A DNA stretch of 64,000 bases from Rubripirellula sp. (lineage in GTDB: Bacteria; Planctomycetota; Planctomycetia; Pirellulales; Pirellulaceae): the NCBI GenBank assembly GCA_965216875.1, contig OZ244207.1, positions 5,952,001-6,016,000 on the forward strand. Reading direction: 5' to 3'. A model generated the notes under the pieces. The model had not been told where the DNA came from and did not search any database. It saw nothing but the letters and a program-made list of their open reading frames with translations. Of this stretch, positions 46,652-57,450 are shown piece by piece. A program made the translations under genes and the position numbers. The number at the start of each line of letters is the position of its first letter. Position 1 is the stretch's first letter.

Positions 46652-48250
46652 TTACAGCTTGACCGAGTCCCAGAAGGCTTGCTTCTCAGCTTCGGCAGCG
46701 GCCTCGTCATACTCGATCGGTGGTTTCTTTTGTTGGACGATCAATGGCGTCCAAAGATCCACCTCGTAGGCAGGACGTCCCCAACCGACGATCGTGACTT
46801 GATCGCCGTCTCGGTAGACTTCAATTTCCATAAAAGGAAACACGATACCGGTCGATATTCGCGCCTGGATACCTTGGCGTCCATCGCGACTGCACGATTC
46901 ATCGCCGTAGACATCCGCCATCAATAGACGCTCAAGTTGTGAACTGAACTTCTCCTCCTTGATCTCAGGATCAACGGTGCAAACCGCCAACAACATCGTC
47001 GCTTTGGTCGTCGTGCTATAGACCGCGTGTGATTCAAGACCCGACGGAAGTGTGTCGAGCGTTTTGCCAGCGGGAAACAAAGCCGATGCACTGCCAACCG
47101 AAACGGTCTGCATTTCGCCCGCGGCAGCTTGCGCAGCTTCTGGATCGACGCTCGGACCCGAATCCACACTCGAACCGGAGGCCGCTTCGCTCGATGCGAC
47201 TTCGGATGGCTCAATGGACGGCGACCCCGTATCGCCTTCGTTCTCGACTGGTGTGCCCGACGCTCCTTGATCGCCGGCATTGGAATCGGGCGTGTCGGGA
47301 TCGGGCGTGTTCGTGTCGCTTGTGGTTGAGGCCTCATTGCTCGACGTCTCAGCGGGCGATGTATCGGCCTGTGCCGTTGTCGTGTCCGAACCACCACCCA
47401 TCATCAGCATGGCAACGACGCCGACACCAACGAGCAACAGCAATCCCGCTACGCTCGCCCCAACGATCACCAACAGTTTTTTGTTTGACTTGGCTGAACC
47501 TGACCTCGCGGCCGCGCCTGGCTTCGCAGCAGCCGCAGGCCTCGCGGCTGGTTGTCCTGGACCACCGGGCACGGCCCGTGATTGGAACATCGGCGGTGCG
47601 GGTTGACCTTGAGGGGGTGCGGCCGGTGGCAAACCACCCTGCCCTGCGGGCGCCAGTGGGTCAAATCCTGCAGGAGCCGGTCCACCCTGAGCTGGCGGCA
47701 AGTCGAGGTTACCCAAATCGAAACCGCCCGGTGGCGGGCCAAGCGGGTCGCCCCCCGCAAGTGGATCGGCGGGCTGGGCAAGCGGATCATCAAACGGCAT
47801 CGCCATCGGGTCAGCCGGTTGCGTGCTTGTTTGCGGTTGCGCTGCAGGCTGTTTTGCTGGCCGCTTGGTCCCCGGCTTTCCGGCGGCAGGACGTTGCTTA
47901 CTTGCCGGGGCACGTTGTTTGCTTGCCGAAGCTTGTTTCGCGGCTGTTTGTTTCGCTGCCGCTTGCTTTCGGGCCGGCTGCTTCGTCGATGCTTTTGCGG
48001 CAGCTTGTGTCTGACTTGCTGCGGTCACGGCTCGCTGCTGAGCTGGAGCCTTTTGCGGCCCAGAAGAGTGCGCCGCGGGCGCAGGCTGCTTTGCTGCCGC
48101 AACCTTTTCGGATGCTGCCGCAGCCTTTTCGGATGCTGCCGCTGGGACCTGCAAGATGGTCGCACACTTAGGGCATTTGATTCGAACGTCCGTCCCCTGC
48201 GGCTCAAACTTCAAATGCGTTGAACACTTGGGACACTTCACAGTCAACAT
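46652..48250 (-). CDS. zinc-ribbon + Ala/Pro/Gln-rich linker + single TM + extracytoplasmic domain protein
   Basis: CPKC...CPKC N-terminus from ATG 48250, long low-complexity region and one TM (LLVIVGASVAGLLLLVGVGVVAMLM). Confidence 0.8.
   Translation of the reverse strand: MLTVKCPKCSTHLKFEPQGTDVRIKCPKCATILQVPAAASEKAAAASEKVAAAKQPAPAAHSSGPQKAPAQQRAVTAASQTQAAAKASTKQPARKQAAAKQTAAKQASASKQRAPASKQRPAAGKPGTKRPAKQPAAQPQTSTQPADPMAMPFDDPLAQPADPLAGGDPLGPPPGGFDLGNLDLPPAQGGPAPAGFDPLAPAGQGGLPPAAPPQGQPAPPMFQSRAVPGGPGQPAARPAAAAKPGAAARSGSAKSNKKLLVIVGASVAGLLLLVGVGVVAMLMMGGGSDTTTAQADTSPAETSSNEASTTSDTNTPDPDTPDSNAGDQGASGTPVENEGDTGSPSIEPSEVASSEAASGSSVDSGPSVDPEAAQAAAGEMQTVSVGSASALFPAGKTLDTLPSGLESHAVYSTTTKATMLLAVCTVDPEIKEEKFSSQLERLLMADVYGDESCSRDGRQGIQARISTGIVFPFMEIEVYRDGDQVTIVGWGRPAYEVDLWTPLIVQQKKPPIEYDEAAAEAEKQAFWDSVKL
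48092..48142. repeat. 21-bp coding tandem repeat (AAASEK[A/V])
   Basis: gca(a/g)ccttttcggatgctgcc twice. Confidence 0.75.
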
Positions 48251-48264
48251 CGATGACACCGTCC

Positions 48265-48783
48265 CTATTCGAATGTGAATGAGTTGTGACCTTTGACTTG
48301 GCAGAACCAGTGGCTGCCGTTGTCTTTCACCCAAACCGACATCGCGTACGGCGGAGCGTCACTTGATGAAGCGATGACCGAACCTTGAGAATGCAAGGAT
48401 CGGCGAAAACCACTCAGCACGGCGTCTTTGATCACGGGATGCCACGGGCAATGGTCGTAGTCGTCAATCGCGACCTCGAGACACATGCACAATTCGGCGA
48501 TCGTGAAGTCTTCTTTCTTCGGCTTGATTTGAAGCTGCTGCTTCCTCTCCATGAGAGTGCCGAGTTCCCAATTGGCGACGAACTTCTTGCCGTTCCACTC
48601 AAGATCGGCGGTATACCGAGGGCCATGTTCGCGGCGCATCGCAGTAAACGCCTTATTGGCATCGACCTCCGTGAGCGGCCCTTCGAGCTCTTTTGGACCG
48701 CCAGCTGGAAAACACCCACCCGCAAGAAGAGTGGCCAAACAAATCAAAAGTGCTGGTCGACGTAACACCTGTACAAACATCAT
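48265..48783 (-). CDS. hypothetical lipoprotein
   Basis: RR followed by a hydrophobic stretch and LAGGC lipobox-like motif; ends 14 nt before the zinc-ribbon gene. Confidence 0.65.
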   Translation of the reverse strand: MMFVQVLRRPALLICLATLLAGGCFPAGGPKELEGPLTEVDANKAFTAMRREHGPRYTADLEWNGKKFVANWELGTLMERKQQLQIKPKKEDFTIAELCMCLEVAIDDYDHCPWHPVIKDAVLSGFRRSLHSQGSVIASSSDAPPYAMSVWVKDNGSHWFCQVKGHNSFTFE

Positions 48784-49010
48784 CTTTCCCCGCTGAGACG
48801 TGTTTCTAACCCGTTTATCTTAGTCGCTCGCCAGACTCACGTGTTGGCGCCGCTGTTGCTCCCCTCTTCGTGCTCTTGCCCTTCTACGAGACCGCCCCCA
48901 CCCTCTCGACGGGGTGAACCGAGTCTTCCTGCACGCCGCCCAAACCAACTGGGTATATTAGTTGCTTCCCGCCTTCCCCGGTTCGATCTCTAGTAATCGG
49001 AACTCCCTCC

Positions 49011-52000
49011 ATGCGTTTGTTCACGTGTCTGTTGGCAGCAACTTTCTTCGCGGCATCCCCATCACTGTTTGCTGATTGGAACACCTACCTCGGCGATAAC
49101 GCACGAACGGGGTTCACGTCCCAATCGTTGCAGACGCCGCTCAGCCCCGCATGGACGTATCGATCCCATTCCAAGCCCATCAAAGCATGGGAAGGACCGC
49201 GCAACGCGCCGATCGAAGGTCACGAAATGCGTCACCGCGTCAACTTTGATGACGCGATGCAGGTCGTGATGTCAAACGGGCGGGCGTACTTTGGCAGTAC
49301 CGTCGATCAGCAGATGCACTGCGTTGATGCCTCGACGGGCGAACCGATCTGGAGCCATTACACCGATGGCCCGATTCGCTTGGCCCCCACGATCGCCCAT
49401 GGCAACGTTTACTTTGGCAGCGATGATGGCAAGGTCTACTGTCTTGATGCAAAAAGTGGATCGGTTCAGTGGCAAACGCGAGTTGGACCAGAGGACGACC
49501 GATTGCTCTCACGCGGCGAAATGATTTCGCGTTGGCCCGTTCGCACCGGCGTGCTCGTCGAGGGCAAGACCGCCTACTTTGGCGCAGGCGTGTTCCCGCA
49601 CGAAATGGTTTACCTGCGAGCCGTCGATGCGATCACGGGCGAAGTGCTTTGGCGCAACGACACGATCAGCCAACAGAATGCCGGTCGCAACGACCTTTCG
49701 CCACAAGGTTACTTGCTGTCCGAATCGAGTGGTAAGAGCCTGTTCGTTCCTTCGGGCCGCTCCCTTCCTGTAGCCATCTCGAAAGAGAACGGAAAGATCG
49801 TCTTCCAAGAAAAGTATTCGTGGCGAACTGATGCCGGCGGCGTTGTCGGAGGAACGAAAGCCCTTCTTGGCGATGGCCAAGTTTACGCCGGCGGCCCGCA
49901 TCACTTCCTTGCAATGGACCAACGCAACGGTGATGTCGGCGAGTCGTACATCATTGGTCGCCAGATGGTGCTCGCTGATGACCGCGCCTACATCATGACG
50001 GGCGAAAAGATCATCTGCGTTGATCGCAGCGAACATGCCAAGGCAAGCCAGGAGAAACAAAAGTGGTTCCTCAAAGCAAGGCAATTACGTAGTGATCGCG
50101 AGAAGCTTGCCGAAGCTCGAAAGAAGATGGACGAGTACGCGCAAGTCGGCATCCTCTGGGAAGTCGAAAGCAATTTTGACGACGTGCTTGTCGCCACCGA
50201 GAACCTTGTGATCGCGGGTGGCTTTAACCAAGTGATCGCAATGGATCGCGAAAAGGGAAACCTGGTTTGGTCACACGAAGTTGAAGGAAATGTTCGTGGC
50301 TTGGCAGTCTCCGACGGCAAACTTGCCGTCAGCACTGACGAAGGCCATGTCCACATGTTCCAAAGCGAGCCAGTCAGCTCGGTCAGGCAATGGCCGCAGC
50401 CCTACGAGCGTCCCTTTGCCGAGAGTCCAACCACGGCGTTCTACCAAAAAGCGGTAAAGGAAATCCTAGCAGCGAGCGGTCAGACAACAGGGCATTGTCT
50501 TGTCGTGGGAAGCGAAGAGGGGCAACTCGCGTTTGAAATCGCCATGCAAAGCGACCTCAAGGTGCTTGCGGTCGAACCCGATCTCGAAAAGGTCAAACGA
50601 AGTCAGGCTCGGCTTCAACGCGCGGGCGTTCACGGGACACGTGTGACCGTCGTTCACGCCGACTTGGATGACCTGCCGTTCTCGAACTACTTTGCCAACT
50701 TGATTGTTTCGGATTCGCTGATCACCTCGGGCAAATTGCCGGGCGACCCCATCAAGATTGCTCGACACCTTAAACCGTGCGGCGGCGTCGCGATTTTGGG
50801 TCGACCTGAGGGATCACCCACCGTTTCGGAAAAGGCTTCCAATGACCAAATCGTCAGTTGGCTCACCTCGCTCTACCACCGCGACGAAGGCGATGTGGTC
50901 ACCGGTCCCACTTGGAACCTGATGCGGCGCGGCAAACTCGCTGGCGCTGGCCAATGGTCACACCAGTATGGAAACGCTGCGAACACGTCCTACACCGCCG
51001 ACCATCGTATCCGCGATGGACTGGGCGTCCTTTGGTATGGCGATCCTGGCCCAAGTGCGATGATCAATCGTCACGAAGCTGCCGGTGCTCCGCTTTCGAC
51101 CAACGGCCGCATGTTCATTCAAGGCACCGACAAACTGATGGCGTACGACGCGTACAACGGAAACTTCCTGTGGGAACACAAGAACCCAGGTGCGATTCGC
51201 ACGGGCGTTTTCAACAACCGCGAAACCCACAACCTGGCCGCGAGTGACGATGTCCTTTATGCGGCCGTCGACAACCGATGCACCGCATTGGATGCCGCAA
51301 CTGGCAAAACCATCGCCGAGTACACAACGCCCGATCCAAGTGACGGAATCCCGCGTGCCTGGGCCTACCTTGCCTATGACAACGGTCAACTTTTTGGAAC
51401 CAGCACCATTCGCGAAGAACTCGAAGCGCGGATGCGGCGTCGCGGCTTGACCGTCAAGAGCCAAACCGATTCGATCTTCGCCATCGACACTTCATCGGGC
51501 AAGCGGATGTGGTCCTACCGTGGCAAAAACATCTTGCACACCACGATTGCGATTGGCCCCGAGCGAATCTATTTCATTGACAGTTCAATCTCGCCAGAAG
51601 AACGCCAGCAGTTGTACTTGCGAGACAAAGGCGAACTGAAGGCGTTGACTGGCGAAGCGGCCAAGAAAGCCGAAGCGGAAATGAAGCAACTCGACCTCCG
51701 AGTTGCAGTTGCCCTCGACCGCAAAACGGGTGATCGCGTTTGGGAGAAAGCGGTCGACGTCACCGACACAACCAATGTCAGTGCCGGCGGCGGAAGCCTG
51801 ACGCTGATGTATGCCGATGATCATGTCGTTTTGTGTGGCGCCAACGCGAACGGCCACTACTGGAAGCAATTTCTCTCGGGCCAGTTCGAAAAACGCAAAC
51901 TCGTTGTCCTCGACGCGAACAGCGGCGATGAACTTTGGAACAAGAACGCCAACTACATGAACCGCCCCGCCGTGATTGGGCAAGAAATCTATGCCGAACC

Positions 52001-52901
52001 GTGGGCGTTTGACCTGCACACCGGCAAGGCGAAGACGCGCCCTCACCCTGTTACCGGCGAAGAGACTCAGTGGAGGTTTAGCCGACCTGGACATCACTGT
52101 GGTGTCATCACCGCGACGCCGAACATGATGTTCTTTCGATCGGGCTTCATCGGCTACTACGACCTGTACAACGACAGTGGCACGCGTCACTTTGCCGGCC
52201 AGCGGCTTGGATGCTGGGTCAATGCGATCCCGGGCAACGGGCTGGTCATGATCCCCGAAGCGAGCGCGGGCTGTGTCTGTCAATTTTCAATCGCGTCAAC
52301 CGTCGTCCTTGAACCGAAGTCCGAAAACCGATCGTGGGGCATCTTTAGTGCGGTCGGAAATGCCACACCAGTCAAACGGATCGGCATTAACTTGGGCGCT
52401 CCCGGCGATCGCAAGGATCAAGCGGGACGCGAGTGGTTCGGTTACCCACGTCCAAGTTCTCGACAGCGATTGGAGTACGTCTTCTCGCTGAAAGAGAAAC
52501 TGGCTTCGGGCGGCGGGTGGTACAACCGCAACCTCGAAACGCTCAACATCCGCGGAACCGATACGGATTGGCTCTACGGCAGTGGCGCACGCGGACTTTC
52601 GCGAATTGAAGTGCCATTGCTCGGCAAAGACGATCCGAAATCACTTTATACGGTAAAGCTTCACTTCGCTTCGTTGCCCAATGACCAAGCTGGATCTGAC
52701 GATGGTCCCGTTCGCTTTGACGTGCGTTTACAAGGCAGTGCCGTTGCGAAGGACATTGACATTGAGTCTGGTTCACAGACCGCCGTTGTCAAAGAGTTCG
52801 AGGATGTCACTGTTGATCAGAACTTGATCATTGAGATCGTTTCAAGCGACCCCAAATCACTGGCGACGCTTTCAGCAATCGAAGCCATTCGACAAGACTG
52901 A
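49011..52901 (+). CDS. PQQ-like beta-propeller / SAM-methyltransferase-like / beta-propeller / malectin-like multidomain protein
   Basis: Signal peptide; DW.TY.GDNARTG and repeated A.DA.TG...W blades; central CLVVGSEEG...VEPD...DLPFSNYFANLIV...LKPCGG Rossmann-like domain; C-terminal YTVKLHFA...FDV.LQG (malectin-like). Confidence 0.8.
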   Translation: MRLFTCLLAATFFAASPSLFADWNTYLGDNARTGFTSQSLQTPLSPAWTYRSHSKPIKAWEGPRNAPIEGHEMRHRVNFDDAMQVVMSNGRAYFGSTVDQQMHCVDASTGEPIWSHYTDGPIRLAPTIAHGNVYFGSDDGKVYCLDAKSGSVQWQTRVGPEDDRLLSRGEMISRWPVRTGVLVEGKTAYFGAGVFPHEMVYLRAVDAITGEVLWRNDTISQQNAGRNDLSPQGYLLSESSGKSLFVPSGRSLPVAISKENGKIVFQEKYSWRTDAGGVVGGTKALLGDGQVYAGGPHHFLAMDQRNGDVGESYIIGRQMVLADDRAYIMTGEKIICVDRSEHAKASQEKQKWFLKARQLRSDREKLAEARKKMDEYAQVGILWEVESNFDDVLVATENLVIAGGFNQVIAMDREKGNLVWSHEVEGNVRGLAVSDGKLAVSTDEGHVHMFQSEPVSSVRQWPQPYERPFAESPTTAFYQKAVKEILAASGQTTGHCLVVGSEEGQLAFEIAMQSDLKVLAVEPDLEKVKRSQARLQRAGVHGTRVTVVHADLDDLPFSNYFANLIVSDSLITSGKLPGDPIKIARHLKPCGGVAILGRPEGSPTVSEKASNDQIVSWLTSLYHRDEGDVVTGPTWNLMRRGKLAGAGQWSHQYGNAANTSYTADHRIRDGLGVLWYGDPGPSAMINRHEAAGAPLSTNGRMFIQGTDKLMAYDAYNGNFLWEHKNPGAIRTGVFNNRETHNLAASDDVLYAAVDNRCTALDAATGKTIAEYTTPDPSDGIPRAWAYLAYDNGQLFGTSTIREELEARMRRRGLTVKSQTDSIFAIDTSSGKRMWSYRGKNILHTTIAIGPERIYFIDSSISPEERQQLYLRDKGELKALTGEAAKKAEAEMKQLDLRVAVALDRKTGDRVWEKAVDVTDTTNVSAGGGSLTLMYADDHVVLCGANANGHYWKQFLSGQFEKRKLVVLDANSGDELWNKNANYMNRPAVIGQEIYAEPWAFDLHTGKAKTRPHPVTGEETQWRFSRPGHHCGVITATPNMMFFRSGFIGYYDLYNDSGTRHFAGQRLGCWVNAIPGNGLVMIPEASAGCVCQFSIASTVVLEPKSENRSWGIFSAVGNATPVKRIGINLGAPGDRKDQAGREWFGYPRPSSRQRLEYVFSLKEKLASGGGWYNRNLETLNIRGTDTDWLYGSGARGLSRIEVPLLGKDDPKSLYTVKLHFASLPNDQAGSDDGPVRFDVRLQGSAVAKDIDIESGSQTAVVKEFEDVTVDQNLIIEIVSSDPKSLATLSAIEAIRQD

Positions 52902-52973
52902 CTTTCGACATCCCCACTTCCGCTTCAGTATTCCCGATCGAGCCAAACCCTCGTTGCCAGGACTTCCTAGATC

Positions 52974-54206
52974 ATGCTGCGATCACTTCTCTCGCTACTA
53001 CCTTGCCTGTTGTGCCTATCGCTTGCCGCCGACGACGCCGAATACCCTGCTTCCGAAAGCGACAAACCGGTCAAGGTCTTTATCTTGGCTGGTCAATCGA
53101 ACATGGAAGGCCGGGGATTCCCAGAACCGCTCGCATGGCAGACCACACAGCCCGAGTTCCAAGATCGCTACAAGCACTTCATCAAAGATGGCGACTTCGA
53201 CGCGTTCAATGCCAAAGTTGCTTCGACGACCGATCCGAACGATCGCCGCAAGACTCCCGACTATCGATGGAGCACACGCCATGATGTTTGGATCAACTAC
53301 CTAGGCAAACACGGCGACCTGACCGTCGGATACGGTGCCCCACGTGAAGGGTTTGGCCCCGAATTCAACTTTGGCCACGTGGTTGGTGACCACTACGACG
53401 AACAAGTCTTGATCATCAAGACCTCTTGGGGCGGACGTGCATTGGCGCGCGGATTCTTACCACCCTCTTCGATGGCGAGCGACGAAGAATACGCAAGGCA
53501 AGCCGAAGCGTTAAACGAAAAGAACAAACAATGGAATGAATCAGAACCGGCTCGAATCGAAGCGCACAACAAACGAATCGAAGAACAAAACAAGACCGCC
53601 GAGAAGAAGAAACCGCTTCGAAAGTTCAAACCACGCGCTATGGTTTCGGCCGAAGAATACAAGGCACAGTACGGCAAAGACTATCGCAACATGATCGCCG
53701 AAGTTCACGGCTGTCTCGATGAGCTTGGCGATCGATTCCCAGGCTACAAGGGGCAAGGCTACGAACTGGTCGGATTCGTTTGGTTTCAAGGCTGGAACGA
53801 CCAATACGAAGAACGCTGGCTGACCTACGAATCCAATCTTGCCAATCTGATTCGCGACGTCAGCAAAGAATTCGATGCACCCAACATGAAGTTTGTGATC
53901 GGTCAGATGGGTCAAGACGGCACCAAGCCCGACAAAGAGGGTTCGCCCCGTGACTACATCAAAAAAGCACAAGCGAAAGTCCCCGAGAGCGACGAATTTA
54001 AGAATCGCGCAGTCTGTGTAAAAACGGACAAGTACTGGGACATGGAAGCCGATGCGATTTATCGAGGGCCCGGCGGATGGAGCAAAGATGTCGATCTTTG
54101 GCGTCAATTCGGCAACGACCACCCGTACCACTACCTCGGCAGTCCGTGGTGTTTCGCGCAAATTGGTACGGGATTCGGCGAGGCAATGTTGGAATTGGTC
54201 AAGTAA
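52974..54206 (+). CDS. SGNH/SASA-family carbohydrate O-acetylesterase, secreted
   Basis: KVFILAGQSNMEG, GPEF.FG, IIK.SWGG, GFVWFQGWND and YHY motifs. Confidence 0.85.
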   Translation: MLRSLLSLLPCLLCLSLAADDAEYPASESDKPVKVFILAGQSNMEGRGFPEPLAWQTTQPEFQDRYKHFIKDGDFDAFNAKVASTTDPNDRRKTPDYRWSTRHDVWINYLGKHGDLTVGYGAPREGFGPEFNFGHVVGDHYDEQVLIIKTSWGGRALARGFLPPSSMASDEEYARQAEALNEKNKQWNESEPARIEAHNKRIEEQNKTAEKKKPLRKFKPRAMVSAEEYKAQYGKDYRNMIAEVHGCLDELGDRFPGYKGQGYELVGFVWFQGWNDQYEERWLTYESNLANLIRDVSKEFDAPNMKFVIGQMGQDGTKPDKEGSPRDYIKKAQAKVPESDEFKNRAVCVKTDKYWDMEADAIYRGPGGWSKDVDLWRQFGNDHPYHYLGSPWCFAQIGTGFGEAMLELVK

Positions 54207-54378
54207 AGGGGTACGCCACCACGCCCCACTAATTGACGATTCAATTTTCGCGACTTCGTTTTATAATCAGGGTGTGCGTCGCGTCCTCACGCCTACTCGG
54301 CGCGATGCCTGGCCACCACATTGATCGCCAACTCCCTCCCCCTCGGTCTTTGCTGACCACTCTTAATCCCCACAACGC

Positions 54379-57300
54379 ATGTCGACTGTAAAACTGATGC
54401 TGGTTTCGGTCGCGCTGGTGGCTTTGCCTCTCTCCGTGGTGAAGGCTGACGACGCGACGATCGAATTCAATCGAGACGTACGCCCAATCCTCTCGGAAAA
54501 CTGCTACCACTGTCACGGCCCCGATGAAGAAACGCGCGCAGCGGACCTTCGCCTCGATACATCCGAGGGTGCCAAGGAGTACGCGATCCTCGAAGGCGAT
54601 GCGAGTGCCAGCGATCTGTTTGATCGAATCTCGGCCGATGACCCAGACATGGTGATGCCGCCTCCAGACAGTGAACGCAAACTGTCAAAGGAACAAATCG
54701 AAACGATTCGCCGCTGGATCAATCAAGGCGCCAAATACCAATCGCACTGGTCGTTCCGCTCGCCAACCCGCCCTGCCCTGCCCCAAGCCGATTCGACCGA
54801 TCTCGCCATCGATCAATTCACATCAAGGATGCTTGAGAAGAAAGGCTGGCAGCGCGCAGAACGTGCCGACCGCGAGACGCTGATTCGCCGAGCCACCTTT
54901 GACTTGATTGGTCTGCCGCCAACCATCGAAGAGATTGACGAGTTTCTTGCCGACGACTCACCCGATGCCTATGGCAAACTGCTCGACCGACTGATGGAGC
55001 GTCCGGAATTTGGCGAGCGAATGGCATCCGACTGGCTGGACGCTGCACGCTACAGCGACACCTATGGTTACCAGGTCGACCGCGATCGCTTTGTTTGGCC
55101 GTGGCGTGACTGGGTGATCGGCGCCATCAATGACAACCTGCCCTACGACAAATTCCTAACTTGGCAACTTGCCGGTGACCTGTTGCCAGACGCGACCCAA
55201 GATCAAGTCCTCGCGACCACCTTCAACCGACTACACCCGCAAAAGGTCGAAGGTGGCAGCGTGCCGGAAGAATTTCGGATTGAGTATGTCGCGGACCGCA
55301 CGCAAACGATCGGCACCGCGATGCTCGGATTGACGCTTGAGTGTTGCCGTTGCCACAACCACAAATACGATCCACTCAGTCAACGCGACTATTACCAACT
55401 GACCGCGTTCTTCGACAACATCGACGAAGCGGGCCTCTATTCGTACTTCACCCCTTCAATTCCTACGCCAACGTTGACGTTGCCCAATGACAACGAAAAG
55501 GAATCGCTTACCCAAAAGCAAGCGGCCGTTGACGCAGCGCGCGACCAGCTTGCCAAGGCGATGTCCGATCGCGCCGACGCGTGGAAAGAGGCCTGGGGAA
55601 AGATCGATCAAGAGCAACGATTCGCACAGCCCGTCGAGGCCCATGACTTTGACGGCGATGTCAAAGGCCCCAACGAATCGGTCGAGGGCGTGATTGGGAA
55701 AGCAATCAAATTGACGGGCGACGACGCGGTCAAAACCAAGGTAGGTAACTTTAGTCGCTACCAACCTTTTTCGGTTTCGCTTTGGATCAAGACACCGAAT
55801 CATAAAGACCGCGCCGTGGTTTTCCATCGATCGCGTGCTTGGACGGACGCAGCGAGTCGCGGTTACCAACTCTTAATCGAAGACGGCAAGCTGAGCTGGT
55901 CGTTGATTCATTTCTGGCCAGGAAACGCGATTCGAATTCGCACCAAAGATGCGATTGCTGTTGACCAATGGATGCACGTTGTTGTGACCAACGACGGTTC
56001 GAGTCGCGCCGGCGGGCTCGGTTTGTACATCAACGGCAAAGCGGCCGAGATCGAAATCGTCCGCGATTCGCTGACCAAACACATCACCGGCGGTGGCGGC
56101 AACGAAATCGCGATCGGCGAGCGTTTCCGAGATCGCGGCTTCAAAAACGGAAGCGTTGACCAATTCGAAGTCTACGACAAACAACTTTCCGAGCTTGAAA
56201 TTTTGCGTCTATTTGACGCCGACACGATCACTTTCGCCGATGGTTCGAGCGAGGGACTGACCGAGTCACAGGCCGCACTTCTGGCGGACCATTTCCTTCG
56301 ACGGCATGACGAACCGATCCAAACGGAACTAACGAATGTCCTCGAAGCTCGCAAAGCGTTTTGTGGTCTGCAGGACAAGGTCAAAGAGATCATGGTCATG
56401 CGTGAAATGGAAACGCCTCGCCAAACCTACCTGCTTGGCCGCGGTGCTTACGACAACCGCACCGACGAAGTCGCACCTGGCACTCCCGCCGCGCTGCCAC
56501 CCTTGCCGCAAGAATTGCCGCAAAACCGACTTGGGTTTTCAAAGTGGTTAACCGATCCGTCGCACCCACTGACAAGCCGCGTTGCAGTGAATCGGTTGTG
56601 GCAAATCTGTTTTGGCACCGGACTCGTTCGTACGCCTGAGGATTTCGGAAGTCAGGGCGAACCACCAACGCACCCCGACTTGCTTGACTGGCTTGCAATC
56701 GACTTCGTCGAAAACGGATGGGACGTCAAGCGAATGCTCAAGCAGATCATGATGTCGGAAACGTATCGCCAAAAGAGCGCAACCGACAACGAAGCGATGC
56801 TCGCGGCCGACCCCGAAAACCGATTGCTGGGCCATTTCCCAAGCTACCGGTTGCCGGCTGAAATGCTGCGTGACAATTCGCTCGCGATCTCCGGACGATT
56901 GGTCACGAAGATTGGTGGCCCGCCCGTCAAGCCTTATGAAATCGAAGCTTCTTTCAAACCCTCCAAGCGAGACAAGGGCGACGGACTGTACCGGCGAAGC
57001 ATTTATACGTATTGGAAACGTACCGGCCCCGCACCGGCGATGATGGCACTCGATGCCGCCAAACGTGACGTTTGCCGAGTGCAACGCGAACGAACGTCGT
57101 CGCCGATCCAGGCCTTTGTGTTACTCAATGGACCCCAATTCGTGGAATCGGCGCGTGGGCTTGCCGAACAATTGCTCGGCCAATACGACAAAGACGAACT
57201 GGCCGAGACGCTTCAACACGGATTCCGCCGTCTCACCAGCCGACGGGCGAGCGAGGACGAAATTCGTGTTTTGAAAACACTGTTCACCCAGCAGCTTGAC

Positions 57301-57450
57301 TACTTCCAATCGAATCAAGAAAAAACGAAGGCCTTTCTATCAGTCGGCGATGCAAAGGCGAATGAAAAACTCGACGCACCACGACTGGCCGCACTGACGG
57401 TTGTGATCTCGACCGTAATGAACTTTGACCAAAGCGTGATGAAACGATGA
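54379..57450 (+). CDS. planctomycete cytochrome c + DUF1549 + LamG + DUF1553 protein
   Basis: [19 protein letters not shown] and [11 protein letters not shown]; inserted LamG (W.HVVVT.DG...LYING...G.VD.F.VY...LS..EI); HPLT.RVAVNR.W. Confidence 0.92.
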   Translation: MSTVKLMLVSVALVALPLSVVKADDATIEFNRDVRPILSENCYHCHGPDEETRAADLRLDTSEGAKEYAILEGDASASDLFDRISADDPDMVMPPPDSERKLSKEQIETIRRWINQGAKYQSHWSFRSPTRPALPQADSTDLAIDQFTSRMLEKKGWQRAERADRETLIRRATFDLIGLPPTIEEIDEFLADDSPDAYGKLLDRLMERPEFGERMASDWLDAARYSDTYGYQVDRDRFVWPWRDWVIGAINDNLPYDKFLTWQLAGDLLPDATQDQVLATTFNRLHPQKVEGGSVPEEFRIEYVADRTQTIGTAMLGLTLECCRCHNHKYDPLSQRDYYQLTAFFDNIDEAGLYSYFTPSIPTPTLTLPNDNEKESLTQKQAAVDAARDQLAKAMSDRADAWKEAWGKIDQEQRFAQPVEAHDFDGDVKGPNESVEGVIGKAIKLTGDDAVKTKVGNFSRYQPFSVSLWIKTPNHKDRAVVFHRSRAWTDAASRGYQLLIEDGKLSWSLIHFWPGNAIRIRTKDAIAVDQWMHVVVTNDGSSRAGGLGLYINGKAAEIEIVRDSLTKHITGGGGNEIAIGERFRDRGFKNGSVDQFEVYDKQLSELEILRLFDADTITFADGSSEGLTESQAALLADHFLRRHDEPIQTELTNVLEARKAFCGLQDKVKEIMVMREMETPRQTYLLGRGAYDNRTDEVAPGTPAALPPLPQELPQNRLGFSKWLTDPSHPLTSRVAVNRLWQICFGTGLVRTPEDFGSQGEPPTHPDLLDWLAIDFVENGWDVKRMLKQIMMSETYRQKSATDNEAMLAADPENRLLGHFPSYRLPAEMLRDNSLAISGRLVTKIGGPPVKPYEIEASFKPSKRDKGDGLYRRSIYTYWKRTGPAPAMMALDAAKRDVCRVQRERTSSPIQAFVLLNGPQFVESARGLAEQLLGQYDKDELAETLQHGFRRLTSRRASEDEIRVLKTLFTQQLDYFQSNQEKTKAFLSVGDAKANEKLDAPRLAALTVVISTVMNFDQSVMKR

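Noticed and set aside
45358..48223. Long plus-strand ORFs (290, 380 and 213 aa)
   Set aside because: Arg-rich antisense shadows of low-complexity minus-strand genes.
54234..54267. TTGACG...TATAAT promoter for the second DUF1553 gene
   Set aside because: The -10 is perfect but the spacing to TTGACG is about 22 nt, too long; not called.
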